Below are positions 39,530-49,525 of a DNA stretch of 64,000 nt, one piece after another; the stretch's first letter is position 1; each line of letters opens with the position of its first letter. Source of the DNA: Alphaproteobacteria bacterium (GTDB lineage: Bacteria > Pseudomonadota > Alphaproteobacteria > MPNO01); assembly GCA_965248835.1 (NCBI GenBank), contig CBDFLJ010000002.1, positions 1,088,001-1,152,000 of the forward strand, in the 5' to 3' direction. A model generated the notes under the pieces. The model searched no databases. It had not been told where the DNA came from and saw only the letters and a list, made by a program, of their open reading frames with translations. A program made the translations under genes and the position numbers.

Positions 39530-40621
39530 GTGATGCGGGTCCATGTCGAGGCCTACCCCACTGTTGGACCGCAAGACGTCGAGGGGCTGAAACGGATCCT
39601 GAGCCGCTTGCCGAAGGGCGGCATCAAGCGTCTGGCGCTGGTCGCCAAGACCGAAGGGACCGCAACCATCAACGATTTCTCCCGCGAGCTCGCGATGGGC
39701 GCGGCAATGGATACGATCGGGGCGTTCGGCGGTGAACGTCTGCTGGGGGACTCCACCCTGATCTTCTCCACCGGCTCGGAAGGTGCGCTGAGCCCGGTGG
39801 TCTATGTGCTTGCCGCGATCGAGGATGCCGGCACCGGCGAGGACGAGCGTCTGGTCATCGGCGGCGCGCGGACCCGGGCGATGGCGCCCGAAGAACTCGT
39901 CACCCGCGCCCATACAAACCTGATTGCCGATGCCGTTCGCGAGGCGATGGACGAGGCGGGGCTGGTGCCCGGGCAGGTCGGTCTGGTCTTCGTCAAGAGC
40001 CCGATTCTCGGCCACCGCGATGCGGTCGAGACCGGTGATCCGGCGGTCATCGCGCGGGCCGGCTCCAGCGGGCAGTCGCGCGGCGCTGCGGCGCTCGGGG
40101 TTGCGCTGGCCCTCGGCGAGTTGGACGACGCGGCGATTGCCGAGACCCGGATCGGCATCGATCTCGATCGTCATTCCAGCCGCGCGATGAGTTTCTCGGG
40201 CACCGAGGTCGCGGTCGGCGAAATCCTGGTGCTCGGCAACCGCCCCGGCGTGGGCGGTTCGTCAAAAATCTATTCGCGTCCGATGGCCGACATCCTGGAT
40301 TCGCGCGCGCTCAAGGCGCTGTTCCGCGACGCCGGCTGCGGCTTCGACGAGGCCGGCGAGATCACCGGCCGGGAGCGGCTCCGTGCGGTGTTCCTCAAGG
40401 CCGGGGTTGCCCCCGACGGACGCATTCGCGGCGAACGCACGACGGTCTTCAACAGCGAGCTCGACCCCGACAAGCACATGCGCGCCACCGCGAGCGGGGT
40501 GATCGGCGGCATCCTCGGCACCGGCCGCGTCTTCGTCAGCGGCGGCACCGAGCACCAGGCGCCGCCCGGCGGCGGGCTCTGCGCCTGTATCGCGGCCGCG
40601 GGGGAGGGCGCCGATGGATGA
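39530..40621 (+). CDS. Ring-opening amidohydrolase, cyanuric acid hydrolase/barbiturase (AtzD) family, divergent
   Basis: KTEG..NDFSR, FSTGSEG, FVKSP, SRGAAALG, C-terminal SGGTEHQAPPGGG. Confidence 0.85.
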   Translation: MMRVHVEAYPTVGPQDVEGLKRILSRLPKGGIKRLALVAKTEGTATINDFSRELAMGAAMDTIGAFGGERLLGDSTLIFSTGSEGALSPVVYVLAAIEDAGTGEDERLVIGGARTRAMAPEELVTRAHTNLIADAVREAMDEAGLVPGQVGLVFVKSPILGHRDAVETGDPAVIARAGSSGQSRGAAALGVALALGELDDAAIAETRIGIDLDRHSSRAMSFSGTEVAVGEILVLGNRPGVGGSSKIYSRPMADILDSRALKALFRDAGCGFDEAGEITGRERLRAVFLKAGVAPDGRIRGERTTVFNSELDPDKHMRATASGVIGGILGTGRVFVSGGTEHQAPPGGGLCACIAAAGEGADG

Positions 40622-41357
40622 GCTTCCCGCCATCGGCCCCTATGCCGGGCTCGGCAGGATCGGGCTGATCTGCCCCTCGACCAACACCAGCATCGAGCCC
40701 GAGTTCCAGCTTATGGCACCGCCGGGGCTTGCCATCCACGTCGCGCGCGCCTTCCAGGACGGACCTCAGGCGCCGGCACTCTACGAGCAGATCGCGGCCA
40801 ATGTCGAAGGGGCCAGCCGCGACCTCGGCTCGGCGGGGGTGGACGTGATCGCCTTCGGCTGCACCTCGTGCACCTATTTCTTTCCCGGCGCGGTGCTCGG
40901 CGAAACAATGACCCGGATGACCGGCGCGCCCGCGGTCCTGACCGCCGATGCTGTGGTCGCGGCGCTGCGCGTGCTCGGCGCCCGGCGGATCGCCTTGGCG
41001 ACACCGCGAACCGACTTCGTCAACCGGCAGGAGAGGGAATGGCTCGCCGAGCGCGGCTTCGAGGTCGTCTCCGCCGAAGGGCTGCAACTCGGCAAGACCG
41101 CCGCCGAACGAGCCGGCATCGGCCGGGTGCCGCTCAATGCGACCTACGATCTCGCGCGCCGGGTCGACCGGGAGGGCGTCGAGGCGGTGTTCATAAGCTG
41201 CACCAACCTGCCCTCGCTCGCGCTGATCCCGCTTCTGGAGGACGATCTCGGCAAGCCGGTTGTCACCAGCAACCAGGCGACCTTCTGGCAGTGTCTGCGA
41301 GCGATGGGATCGACGCTCAGGCTCCCAGCGCATGGAAAGCTGCTTTGCGAACACTGA
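40614..41357 (+). CDS. Asp/Glu racemase superfamily protein (maleate cis-trans isomerase / arylmalonate decarboxylase-like)
   Basis: IGLICPSTN, FGCTS and ISCTN catalytic cysteines, PVVTSNQA. Confidence 0.85.
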   Translation: MDELPAIGPYAGLGRIGLICPSTNTSIEPEFQLMAPPGLAIHVARAFQDGPQAPALYEQIAANVEGASRDLGSAGVDVIAFGCTSCTYFFPGAVLGETMTRMTGAPAVLTADAVVAALRVLGARRIALATPRTDFVNRQEREWLAERGFEVVSAEGLQLGKTAAERAGIGRVPLNATYDLARRVDREGVEAVFISCTNLPSLALIPLLEDDLGKPVVTSNQATFWQCLRAMGSTLRLPAHGKLLCEH

Positions 41358-41361
41358 GCCC

Positions 41362-42354
41362 TTATTCGAAGAGATCGAGCATGCTGCCCAATCCCCGCCT
41401 TCGCGCTTCGTCCAGGGCGTGGCAAGCGAGCGCGAGGTCGCAGATCGCCATGCCCTGAATGATGGCGAATATGCGCTGATCCTCGTCGCTGCGCCCGGGG
41501 ATCGTCCCGGCGACGATCTGGCCGATATGCCCGTCGAGGCGGGACTGCAACCGCTCGCGTGATGCGCGCCCATCGGCGAGCCATGCGGCGATGTCGCCCA
41601 GCACGCATGCATATTCGAAGTCGTCGACGATGAAGCGGTCGATCTCCTCGAGAACGGGAAAGGCGACCTCCTCCGTCTCGCCCATCGAGCACAGGAAGGC
41701 ACCCGGGGCCAGCATGCCGGGCATGATCACCGGCTCGGCCGCCAGGGTGAGGGTGACCACGATGTCGGCGCCGTCCAGCGCCTCATCGGCCCGTTGCTCC
41801 GCGCGAAACCGCGGGCCTTCCTGGGCGTAGCGTTCGCAGAACGCCGCCGCGCTGGAATGCCGTCTTGCAACCACGCGGACCTCGTCGAGATCGAACGTTC
41901 GGGTGATCGCCGGGAAGAGCTCGCGCGCGATCGCACCGGCGCCGATCACCGCAAGAACTCTCGAGCTGGGTCGCGCGAGATGTTTGGCGGCGACCACGCC
42001 GGTCAGCGCGGTGCGGAAGCGATGGAGCCAGGTCTCGTTCAAAAGCCCGATCGGCGCTCCGGTCGAGTCGTCGAAAACACACAACATGTGGTGGGAGCGG
42101 TACCCTTGGTCCCGCGCCACGTCGCTGATCATGCGGATCCCGGTGACGTTCTCGGAGATCAGCGTCGCGCCCTTGGACTTGTAGCGCGCCGCGCCGTCCA
42201 GCCCGGAGCCGCCGAACAGCGCCGCCGGCTCGGACAGACGGAAGATGTCTCTGGTGCCCAGATCGCGGAACGTGCGCTCGATGATCTCGAGCCCGGTTGC
42301 GACATCGAGCACGGCCCTGAGGTCGGCCTCCTTCAAGACGCGCAGTCCCGGCAA
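41362..42354 (-). CDS. Ornithine cyclodeaminase/mu-crystallin family protein
   Basis: YKSKG, RTALTG..AAKHLAR, IGAGAIA, QGMAICDL; TTG start at 42354 inferred. Confidence 0.85.
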   Translation of the reverse strand: MPGLRVLKEADLRAVLDVATGLEIIERTFRDLGTRDIFRLSEPAALFGGSGLDGAARYKSKGATLISENVTGIRMISDVARDQGYRSHHMLCVFDDSTGAPIGLLNETWLHRFRTALTGVVAAKHLARPSSRVLAVIGAGAIARELFPAITRTFDLDEVRVVARRHSSAAAFCERYAQEGPRFRAEQRADEALDGADIVVTLTLAAEPVIMPGMLAPGAFLCSMGETEEVAFPVLEEIDRFIVDDFEYACVLGDIAAWLADGRASRERLQSRLDGHIGQIVAGTIPGRSDEDQRIFAIIQGMAICDLALACHALDEARRRGLGSMLDLFE

Positions 42355-42459
42355 CGCAAGGATCCCTTGTTCACGCGCCCGGGTGGACGCCGATGGTCCG
42401 AACCGCGAGTATACCGGACGTGCGGGCAGGGGAGGGGCGTTCTGAACGGGACTCGCGGT

Positions 42460-44325
42460 ATGGCCGAAGCGTTCCGGGGCGAGTGGAAATCGCTCGGCTT
42501 CGTCATCGGCCTCGGGACGACCTGCTATTACCTCTATGTCGCGACCCTGGGCACGTTCAGCCCGGCGCTCGACCGCAGCCTGTTCATCTATGTCGGCGTG
42601 GCGATTGCGATCTGCGTGCATCCGTTGGCGAAGACGGTCCCGGCCCGCCTGTTCGATGCCGTCTTCCTGGCCGCGGCGAGCTACGCGACCTTCCGGTTCA
42701 ACGACCGCTACCTCTACTTCGCCGAGAACGAGGGCTTCGATATCGGCGACTTCGACATGGCGGTCGGTTGGATCATGATTCTGGGCGTGATCGAGGCCGG
42801 CCGGCGGGCGCTCGGCATCGCCATGGCGCTGATCTCGGCGGCGTTCCTGCTGTTTCTTTACTTCGGCGCCTCGGTGCCTTGGCCGTTCGTCCATAGCGGG
42901 TTCAACCTGCGCCAGATCGCCACCGCGCTCTATGCCCAGACCGACGGTCTTTACGGCTCGATCACCTACGTGCTGGCCTCCAACCTTTTCCTGTTCCTGG
43001 TCTTCGGCGTGTTTCTGATCCGCTCGGGCGCCTCGGACTTTTTCACCAACATCTGCCTGTCCTTCCTCGGCACACGGCCGGGCGGCGGGGCCAAGGCGGC
43101 GGTGGGCTCGTCCTTCATCACCGCCTCGATCTCCGGTTCGGCCTCGGCCAATGTCGCGATCACCGGCAACATCACCATCCCGATGATGATCAAGACCGGC
43201 TACCGGCCGGCGGTGGCGGGCGGGATCGAGGCGGCCGCATCGACCGGCGGGACGGTCATGCCGCCCGTGATGGGCGCCTCGGCCTTCATCATGGTCGCGC
43301 TGACCGGCTTCTCCTACGGTACGATCGTGATCGCGGCGACGATCCCGGCGCTGCTCTATTTCCTCAATGTCTACATGCAGGTCCACTTCTATGCCCGGCG
43401 CAACGACCTGACCGGGCTGCCGGCCGAGGAATGTCCGTCCTTCCGCGAGACCCTGCGGGCAGGCTGGGTCTATCTGGTGCCGATCCTGGTGGTGATCGTG
43501 CTGATCTACCTCGACTATTCGCTGCGGCGGATCGGCATGCTGGCGATCCTCAGCGTGATTGCCGCAAGCTGGCTCACGCGGCGCCCGATGGGCCCGCGGG
43601 AGATCGTCGAGACGCTCGCCGAGGGCACGAAGGCCTCGCTTCCGATCATCGCGATCGCCGGGCCGGTCTCGATCATCGCCGGCGCGGTCCTGCTGCCCGG
43701 CACCGGTATCCGGGTGACCGGGCTGATCATCGACCTTGCCGAAAGCAATCTCGCCTTCACCGTGATGTTCATCTTCGTGATCGGCTACATCCTCGGGATG
43801 GGGCTGTCGGTGATCCCGGCCTACGTGATCCTGGCGACCCTTGCCGCGCCCGCCTTGATCCAGCTCGGAATCCCGGTGATGGCCGCCCATTTGCTGGTGC
43901 TGTGGTGGGGCCAGGCCTCCAACGTCACCCCGCCGGTCGCGCTCGCCGCCTATATGGCCGCCGGGATCTCCAAGGAGCGGCTGTGGCCGGTCTGCAACGT
44001 CGCCATGGTCAAGGCGATGGCGATTTTCTACCTGCCGGTCCTGTTCGTCTATCAACCCGGCCTGCTGCTGCAGGGCAGCCCGCTGGACATCGGCCTGACG
44101 ATCGTCTCGCTCGCCCTTGGCGGGCTCGCGATCTCGGCCGGCGTGGAGGGCTTCTTCCACACGCGCCTGTCGCTTGCGGCGCGGCTTGTCGCGGTCCTCA
44201 TCGGCGTCGGTCTGGTGCTGACCCATGGCACCCAGGCGCTGATCCCGGTGGCCTGCTTCGCCGTCTTCTGGGTCTGGCAGATCCGGCAGGGCAAAGCGCT
44301 CCGGGCGCCGGCGGCACGCTCCTGA
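42460..44325 (+). CDS. TAXI-type TRAP fused permease (4TM/12TM)
   Basis: GGGAKAAV, SGSASANV, EAAASTGG..MPPVMGASAF, TPPVALAAY. Confidence 0.9.
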   Translation: MAEAFRGEWKSLGFVIGLGTTCYYLYVATLGTFSPALDRSLFIYVGVAIAICVHPLAKTVPARLFDAVFLAAASYATFRFNDRYLYFAENEGFDIGDFDMAVGWIMILGVIEAGRRALGIAMALISAAFLLFLYFGASVPWPFVHSGFNLRQIATALYAQTDGLYGSITYVLASNLFLFLVFGVFLIRSGASDFFTNICLSFLGTRPGGGAKAAVGSSFITASISGSASANVAITGNITIPMMIKTGYRPAVAGGIEAAASTGGTVMPPVMGASAFIMVALTGFSYGTIVIAATIPALLYFLNVYMQVHFYARRNDLTGLPAEECPSFRETLRAGWVYLVPILVVIVLIYLDYSLRRIGMLAILSVIAASWLTRRPMGPREIVETLAEGTKASLPIIAIAGPVSIIAGAVLLPGTGIRVTGLIIDLAESNLAFTVMFIFVIGYILGMGLSVIPAYVILATLAAPALIQLGIPVMAAHLLVLWWGQASNVTPPVALAAYMAAGISKERLWPVCNVAMVKAMAIFYLPVLFVYQPGLLLQGSPLDIGLTIVSLALGGLAISAGVEGFFHTRLSLAARLVAVLIGVGLVLTHGTQALIPVACFAVFWVWQIRQGKALRAPAARS

Positions 44326-44393
44326 GCCCGGCTATCATCCGGTGAGGATCCGGTGGTAGTGTTGTGGGCCAAGATTCAACAGGGGAGCCTGGA

Positions 44394-45356
44394 ATGAAAA
44401 GAATCCTTGCAACCACGCTTGCCTCCGGGGCGGTGCTCGCGCTGGCCCAGGGCGCGGCGGCACAAAGCCTGGTGATCGGGACCAGCTCGCCCGGCGGCAG
44501 CTACTTCCTGATGGGCGGCGGGCTTTCGACCGCGGTCACCAGGGACCTCGACGGCATCATCCTGTCGACCCGCACGACCGCCGGATCGACCACCAATATG
44601 CGCATGCTGAGCCGCCAGGGCGGTGGGCTCGACCTCGGGCTGGCGAACCTCGGCGCGGTCTACAACGCGGTCACCGCGACCGGCAAGTTCAAGGACAAAA
44701 AGCCGGCCACCAACGTGCGGGCGCTGATGGCGCTGACGATCTCGCCGATCCATTGGGTCAGCCTGGCCAAGGACAACATCAAGTCGTTCGCCGACCTCAA
44801 GGGCAGGCGCGTCTCGCTGGCCAAGGCGGGCAGCGGCACTGCGGCGAACGCCGATCTGATCCTGCGGACCGTCGGCATGCGCGATCAGATCAAGGCCCAG
44901 TTCCTCGGCTTCAGCGAGGCGGGCAACGCGCTGCGCGACGGCAACATCGATGCTTTCGCCGTCGCCTCGGCGGTCCCGGTGCCGGTGGTCATGGCCATGG
45001 CGGCCACGCGCAAGATCCGCCTGATCCCGCTGAGCCCGACGGAGCTGAACAACGTCCTGGGCAAGAACCCGGCCTTCGCACCGGTGGTCATCAAGGCATC
45101 GGAATATGGCGGCGGCGTGGTTGGCGATGCCCAGTCCTACGGCGTGCCGAGCACCATCATGGCCCAGGACAGCGTGCCCGACGAGACGATCTATCGCATC
45201 GTCAAATACGTGTTCACCGAAAAGACCATGAAATACATGACGACGGTCTACAAGTCCTGGAACCCCAAGCCCGGGACCGATGCCTTCAAGAATGCCGGCA
45301 TCAAGCATCATCCGGGCGCCGTTAAGGCCTACAAGGAGCTCGGCCTGCTGAAATAG
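44394..45356 (+). CDS. TAXI-family TRAP substrate-binding protein
   Basis: IGTSSPGGSYF, TTAGSTTN, DLKGRRVS..GSGT, HPGAVKAYKE. Confidence 0.9.
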   Translation: MKRILATTLASGAVLALAQGAAAQSLVIGTSSPGGSYFLMGGGLSTAVTRDLDGIILSTRTTAGSTTNMRMLSRQGGGLDLGLANLGAVYNAVTATGKFKDKKPATNVRALMALTISPIHWVSLAKDNIKSFADLKGRRVSLAKAGSGTAANADLILRTVGMRDQIKAQFLGFSEAGNALRDGNIDAFAVASAVPVPVVMAMAATRKIRLIPLSPTELNNVLGKNPAFAPVVIKASEYGGGVVGDAQSYGVPSTIMAQDSVPDETIYRIVKYVFTEKTMKYMTTVYKSWNPKPGTDAFKNAGIKHHPGAVKAYKELGLLK

Positions 45357-45581
45357 CGCTTGGACGCCTGCAACAACGGGCCACTGCGGGGCGATTTGCG
45401 CGGGATTTAGCTGCCGGGGCGAAATCTTGGTCCGGCTGGCGTTACTGACGCGCCTGTTTGACCGGCATTTCTGTCTGGCGGAGCGTTTTTCGTTGTCCGG
45501 ACAGCCCCATGCCATGGCCGCCGCTCGCCGCGCGTGCTTCACCGCCCCGGGGGGGAGACCTCAACCAGGGAGCTGCGACAC

Positions 45582-46433
45582 ATGGCGTTGCCGCAACATC
45601 GCATCGGGACGACGCCGTCGGGCGACGTCGAAATCTTCTACCGCGCTTTCGGCACCAGCGGCGCGACGCCTATCCTGATCATCCACGGCCTGTCTTATTT
45701 CTCCTACGATTGGATCGCCGTCGCGGACCGCCTGGCGGCTGATCGCGAGGTCGCCGCTATGGACATGCGCGGCTTTGGGGACTCGACCTGGAGCACGGAC
45801 AAGAACTACGCGGTCGGTGATTTCGCCCAGGATTGCCTGAACCTGATGGATCACCTGGGTTGGCGGAAGGCAGTGCTGATGGGCCATTCCATGGGCGGAC
45901 GCAACGCGACCTGGTGCGCAGCGGAAAATTCCGATCGCCTCGCGGCGCTGGTGCTGGTCGACTATACGCCGCAGAACGCGCCGACCGGCTCCAATCGCGT
46001 CGCCACCACGGTCGCCGGCGTGCCCGATCATTTTGCATCGATCGCCCAGGGAATGGCCTATTTCGGCGCCGATGCGAGCGACCCGGTTGCCCGGGCACGT
46101 TACGAGGCCTACCTCGACAAGCGTGACGGCGGCTATGTCGTCAAGCGCGACACCATACACCGCGACCGCTTCCGCAAGCTGCTGGCGGGCCAAGCACCCG
46201 GCGGCGGTCCCGACATGTGGGACGCGCTGGCGCGGGTCGGCTGCCCGATCCTCGCAGTGCGCGGTACCCGGTCGGACATGTTTGCCAAGGAGACCGTTGG
46301 ACCGATAAGATCGACCAACGAAAACATCACCCTGGTCGAGGTCGACGCCGGCCACAACGTCGGCGGCGAGAACCCCGAGGCCCTGCTGGCCGAGGTCGGC
46401 AAGTTCCTCGACTCACTGGAGCGGCTGCCATGA
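45582..46433 (+). CDS. Alpha/beta fold hydrolase
   Basis: IIHG, DMRGFGDS, GHSMGG, RGTRSD, AGHNV. Confidence 0.88.
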   Translation: MALPQHRIGTTPSGDVEIFYRAFGTSGATPILIIHGLSYFSYDWIAVADRLAADREVAAMDMRGFGDSTWSTDKNYAVGDFAQDCLNLMDHLGWRKAVLMGHSMGGRNATWCAAENSDRLAALVLVDYTPQNAPTGSNRVATTVAGVPDHFASIAQGMAYFGADASDPVARARYEAYLDKRDGGYVVKRDTIHRDRFRKLLAGQAPGGGPDMWDALARVGCPILAVRGTRSDMFAKETVGPIRSTNENITLVEVDAGHNVGGENPEALLAEVGKFLDSLERLP

Positions 46434-47056
46434 ACGAAATGACCAAGCCGATCGCCGAGGCGCGTGGCATCCGGGTCGTTCCGACCCGAGGGGTCGATCA
46501 CCTGGCGCTGGTCAGCGACGACATGCCGACGACGATGGACTTCTACACCCGCGTGCTGAAGATGCAGCTCGTCCACGTCCGCCGCGTTCCGTTCGCCGCG
46601 GACCGGGGCCAGCCTCCCCATGACAACCTGCGCCACTACTTCTTCGACATGGGCGGCGACCAGCTGCTGGCCTTCTTCGAATATCCCAAGGACGCCCCGC
46701 GAGGCGACCGCGACCATCTCGGCATGATGCAGCACCTTGCCCTCCACGTGCCGCGCGAGGAGTTCGACCCGCTCATCGCGCATATCCGTGCCTGCGGGGT
46801 CGAGGTCACCGGTCCGGTGTGGTTGGGCGGCCGGTTCTGGTCGGCCTATTTCTTCGATCCCAACGGCATCCGGCTGGAGCTTGCGACCACGCTGGCGGTC
46901 GCCGATATCGGTGTTGTCGGCTCGGCGTACCAGACGGTCGAGGAGGCTCGCGCCGAGCTCGAGACCTTGTTCGACGATGCGGCGGAGGTCGAGCGCTGGC
47001 TCGCCCGGATGCCGCTTGTCGACCAGGACGTGCCCTGCCACCCACCGCCGGCGTGA
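46430..47056 (+). CDS. VOC/glyoxalase-family protein
   Basis: GVDHLAL, DFYTRVL, LAFFEY, MQHLAL, YFFDPNGIRLE; ATGA overlap with the upstream gene. Confidence 0.88.
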   Translation: MNEMTKPIAEARGIRVVPTRGVDHLALVSDDMPTTMDFYTRVLKMQLVHVRRVPFAADRGQPPHDNLRHYFFDMGGDQLLAFFEYPKDAPRGDRDHLGMMQHLALHVPREEFDPLIAHIRACGVEVTGPVWLGGRFWSAYFFDPNGIRLELATTLAVADIGVVGSAYQTVEEARAELETLFDDAAEVERWLARMPLVDQDVPCHPPPA

Positions 47057-47155
47057 GGCGTCGCGGCATCAGACTCGTCATCGCGAGATCGCCATAGGCG
47101 GCGGCGGGGCAGGGCCGATTTCCGGTAATCTTTGGCGCAACGAAGGGGTCCTGCG

Positions 47156-48295
47156 ATGGCGGACTCGATCGGGGCCGGCCCGCCGTTCCGCGCGGAGCAT
47201 GTGGGCAGTCTGTTGCGGCCGCGTGAGCTGCTCGACGCCCGCACGGCGCGGCAGGGCGATTGGACCGTTCCGGTCAGCGGCTCCCTCGCCCTGGACGAGC
47301 TCAAACCCCTGGAGGACCGGTGTATCCGCGATGCCGTCGCGCTGCAGGAGGAGGTCGGCCTCCAGGTCGTTACCGATGGCGAGTTGCGGCGCCGGACGTG
47401 GTGGCAGAACTTCATCTCGGCGCTTGATGGTACGACCATCAAAATCGCCGAGCATGGTGCGGAATTCGGCGACCATGAAGGGCACCAGCATGTTGCGCCC
47501 ACGCCCTATACCGACGGCAAGATACGGCGGGCGGGCAGCATCACGGGCGCGGACTACACGTTCATCAAATCGCTGACCAGCCGTATGCCCAAAGTGACGA
47601 TCCCGTCCCCGCCGGTGCTGCATTTCTTCGGCGGACGCCATGCTATCAGCGAGGCGGTGTACCCTGATTTGCAGGAGTTCTGGGCCGACGTGGTCGCTGC
47701 GTATCGCGAGGAGATCGCGGAACTCGCCGGTCTTGGGTGCACGTATCTGCAGCTCGACGAGACCAACCTTGCATGTCTTTGCGATCCCAAGATCCAGGAT
47801 CAGTTCCGCGCGCGCGGCGAGGACCCGGAGCTGACCGCGCGCCAATACGGCGAAGTGATCGAGGCGGCGATCTCGGAGCGGCCCGGATCGATGGTCATCG
47901 GAATGCATCTCTGCCGGGGCAACAGCCAGGGCCGCTGGCTCGCCGAAGGCGGTTACGACTACGTCGCCGATATCATGTTCAACCAGATCTCGGTGGATAC
48001 CTATTTCATGGAGTACGACTCGCCAAGGGCCGGAGACTTCAGCCCATTGAGGCTGGTTCCACCGGATAAACTGGTCGTTCTCGGCCTGATTTCCACCAAG
48101 ACGCCGGAGCTCGAACTGTCCGAAGACGTCAAGCGCCGGATAGATGAAGCCGCGCGGTATCTCCCGCTGGAGCAGCTTGCCCTCAGCCCGCAATGCGGCT
48201 TCGCCAGCAACTATCTCGGCAACCCGGTGACGATCGACGACCAGAAGCGCAAGCTTGCCCTGGTCGTGGAGATCGCCGAGGAAGTCTGGGGCTAG
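47156..48295 (+). CDS. Cobalamin-independent methionine synthase II (MetE C-terminal-like) protein
   Basis: RAEHVGSLLRP, TDGELRR, YLQLDE, HLCRGN, EYD, SPQCGF (Zn ligands). Confidence 0.88.
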   Translation: MADSIGAGPPFRAEHVGSLLRPRELLDARTARQGDWTVPVSGSLALDELKPLEDRCIRDAVALQEEVGLQVVTDGELRRRTWWQNFISALDGTTIKIAEHGAEFGDHEGHQHVAPTPYTDGKIRRAGSITGADYTFIKSLTSRMPKVTIPSPPVLHFFGGRHAISEAVYPDLQEFWADVVAAYREEIAELAGLGCTYLQLDETNLACLCDPKIQDQFRARGEDPELTARQYGEVIEAAISERPGSMVIGMHLCRGNSQGRWLAEGGYDYVADIMFNQISVDTYFMEYDSPRAGDFSPLRLVPPDKLVVLGLISTKTPELELSEDVKRRIDEAARYLPLEQLALSPQCGFASNYLGNPVTIDDQKRKLALVVEIAEEVWG

Positions 48296-48317
48296 CGGAC
48301 TACGAAGGCGGGCGCCC

Positions 48318-49379
48318 ATGTCGAAATCCGAAGACATTGTCCACGACACGTTGCTGCTGGGCAGCTTTCCCGCCGAGAGCGCCGAGGAGGTTTTCCTGAC
48401 AACCAGCGAGGCGCTGGGCGAATGCGTCAGCCGAATTCCCGACGGCGAGGTCGGCCCGCGTAATATATGGATCGGCTGGCAGGAGCACGTCCTGAGGGAT
48501 CATCCTCAATTCGAGCTGGTCCACGATGACCGGACCAGGCGCGCCGAGCATCGCAAGATGGCCGATGGATCGCTGATCCCGCCGCGCTACCGGTTGCGCG
48601 ACGGCATCGCGCGGGAGGAGATCGCTTTCTCGAGCTTGGGCCATGTCGAGGCCGCGCGCGAGTCATATGCCGTCTTCTCGATGCTCAAGAATGCCGGAAA
48701 GATCCCGGCGAGGATGCGGTTTCAGGTCTGCCTGCCGACGGCCATCGCTTTTCTGGAGCATCTTGTCCTGACCGCATCACAGCCGATGGTCGAGCCGGCT
48801 TATGAAGCGCGATTGTTCGCCGAGGTGCGCGAGATCGCTGCCTTTGTGCCGCCCGGGGAACTGGCCATTCAGTGGGACGTATCGAAGGAGATGGCGATTT
48901 GGGAAGGCGTATGGCCAATCCATTTCGAGGATGTGGAGGCGGGAATCGTCGAGCGTCTGGCGCGCCATGGCGAGGCCGTGCCGAGGACGGTCGAGCTCGG
49001 CTTTCATCTGTGCTATGGCGACTTCGGCCACAAGCATTGGAAGGAGCCGGCCGACACCGCCAATATGGTCGATGTGGCCAATGGCCTATTCGCGTCCGTT
49101 CGCCGGCCGATCGAGTGGCTGCACATGCCGGTGCCGCGCGCTCGCGAAGACGAAGCGTATTTCGCGCCTTTGGCGAACTTGCGTCTGCCTCCCGAGACGC
49201 GCTTGTATCTCGGGCTGGTGCATCACACCGGCGGTGAAGACGGCACCAGGCGGCGCATCGCCGCCGCGAAGAAGTTCGTGCCCGATTTTGGCATAGGGAC
49301 CGAATGCGGGATGGGCCGACGGCCCACCGAGACGATTGCCGAGCTGCTGCGTATCCACGTTGCCGTGGCGGGCGGTTAG
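48318..49379 (+). CDS. MetE/UROD-like superfamily protein of unknown function
   Basis: LLGSFP, RIPDGE, AIQWD, HLCYGD, LGLVH, TECGMGR. Confidence 0.75.
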   Translation: MSKSEDIVHDTLLLGSFPAESAEEVFLTTSEALGECVSRIPDGEVGPRNIWIGWQEHVLRDHPQFELVHDDRTRRAEHRKMADGSLIPPRYRLRDGIAREEIAFSSLGHVEAARESYAVFSMLKNAGKIPARMRFQVCLPTAIAFLEHLVLTASQPMVEPAYEARLFAEVREIAAFVPPGELAIQWDVSKEMAIWEGVWPIHFEDVEAGIVERLARHGEAVPRTVELGFHLCYGDFGHKHWKEPADTANMVDVANGLFASVRRPIEWLHMPVPRAREDEAYFAPLANLRLPPETRLYLGLVHHTGGEDGTRRRIAAAKKFVPDFGIGTECGMGRRPTETIAELLRIHVAVAGG

Positions 49380-49442
49380 CCGTCGCCGTGCCGCCGGTTT
49401 CCGCGCGGACGATTCCATGGAAGCGATAGACCTCGAGCACTC

Positions 49443-49471
49443 TTGACGCTCTATCGGCGTGCCGATAACGT
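49443..49471 (+). promoter_or_regulatory. Putative sigma70 promoter with a palindromic operator in the spacer
   Basis: TTGACG-N17-TAACGT; TATCGGC-gt-GCCGATA inverted repeat at 49452-49467, upstream of dctP. Confidence 0.45.
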
Positions 49472-49525
49472 TTTGTGTCATTGGCAACGAATAACAAGAC
49501 AGCGATGTTGACAGGGAGGAATGTC

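Noticed and set aside
39530-40621. Calling this gene atzD (atrazine/cyanurate degradation)
   Set aside because: Several signature motifs diverge and no biuret or allophanate hydrolase genes are nearby; family call only.
41794-42459. N-terminal extension of the 843-aa TRAP permease ORF
   Set aside because: It is antisense to the cyclodeaminase gene; permease-like sequence begins near 42460.
41362-44226. 954-aa ORF that looks like a large fusion protein
   Set aside because: Only the last 330 aa (ornithine cyclodeaminase-like) are protein-like; the rest is the stop-free antisense of the TAXI permease, typical of high-GC DNA.
47057-47155. Possible cobalamin or SAM riboswitch before the MetE-like gene
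   Set aside because: The spacer is about 100 nt and I see no B12-box or SAM consensus.
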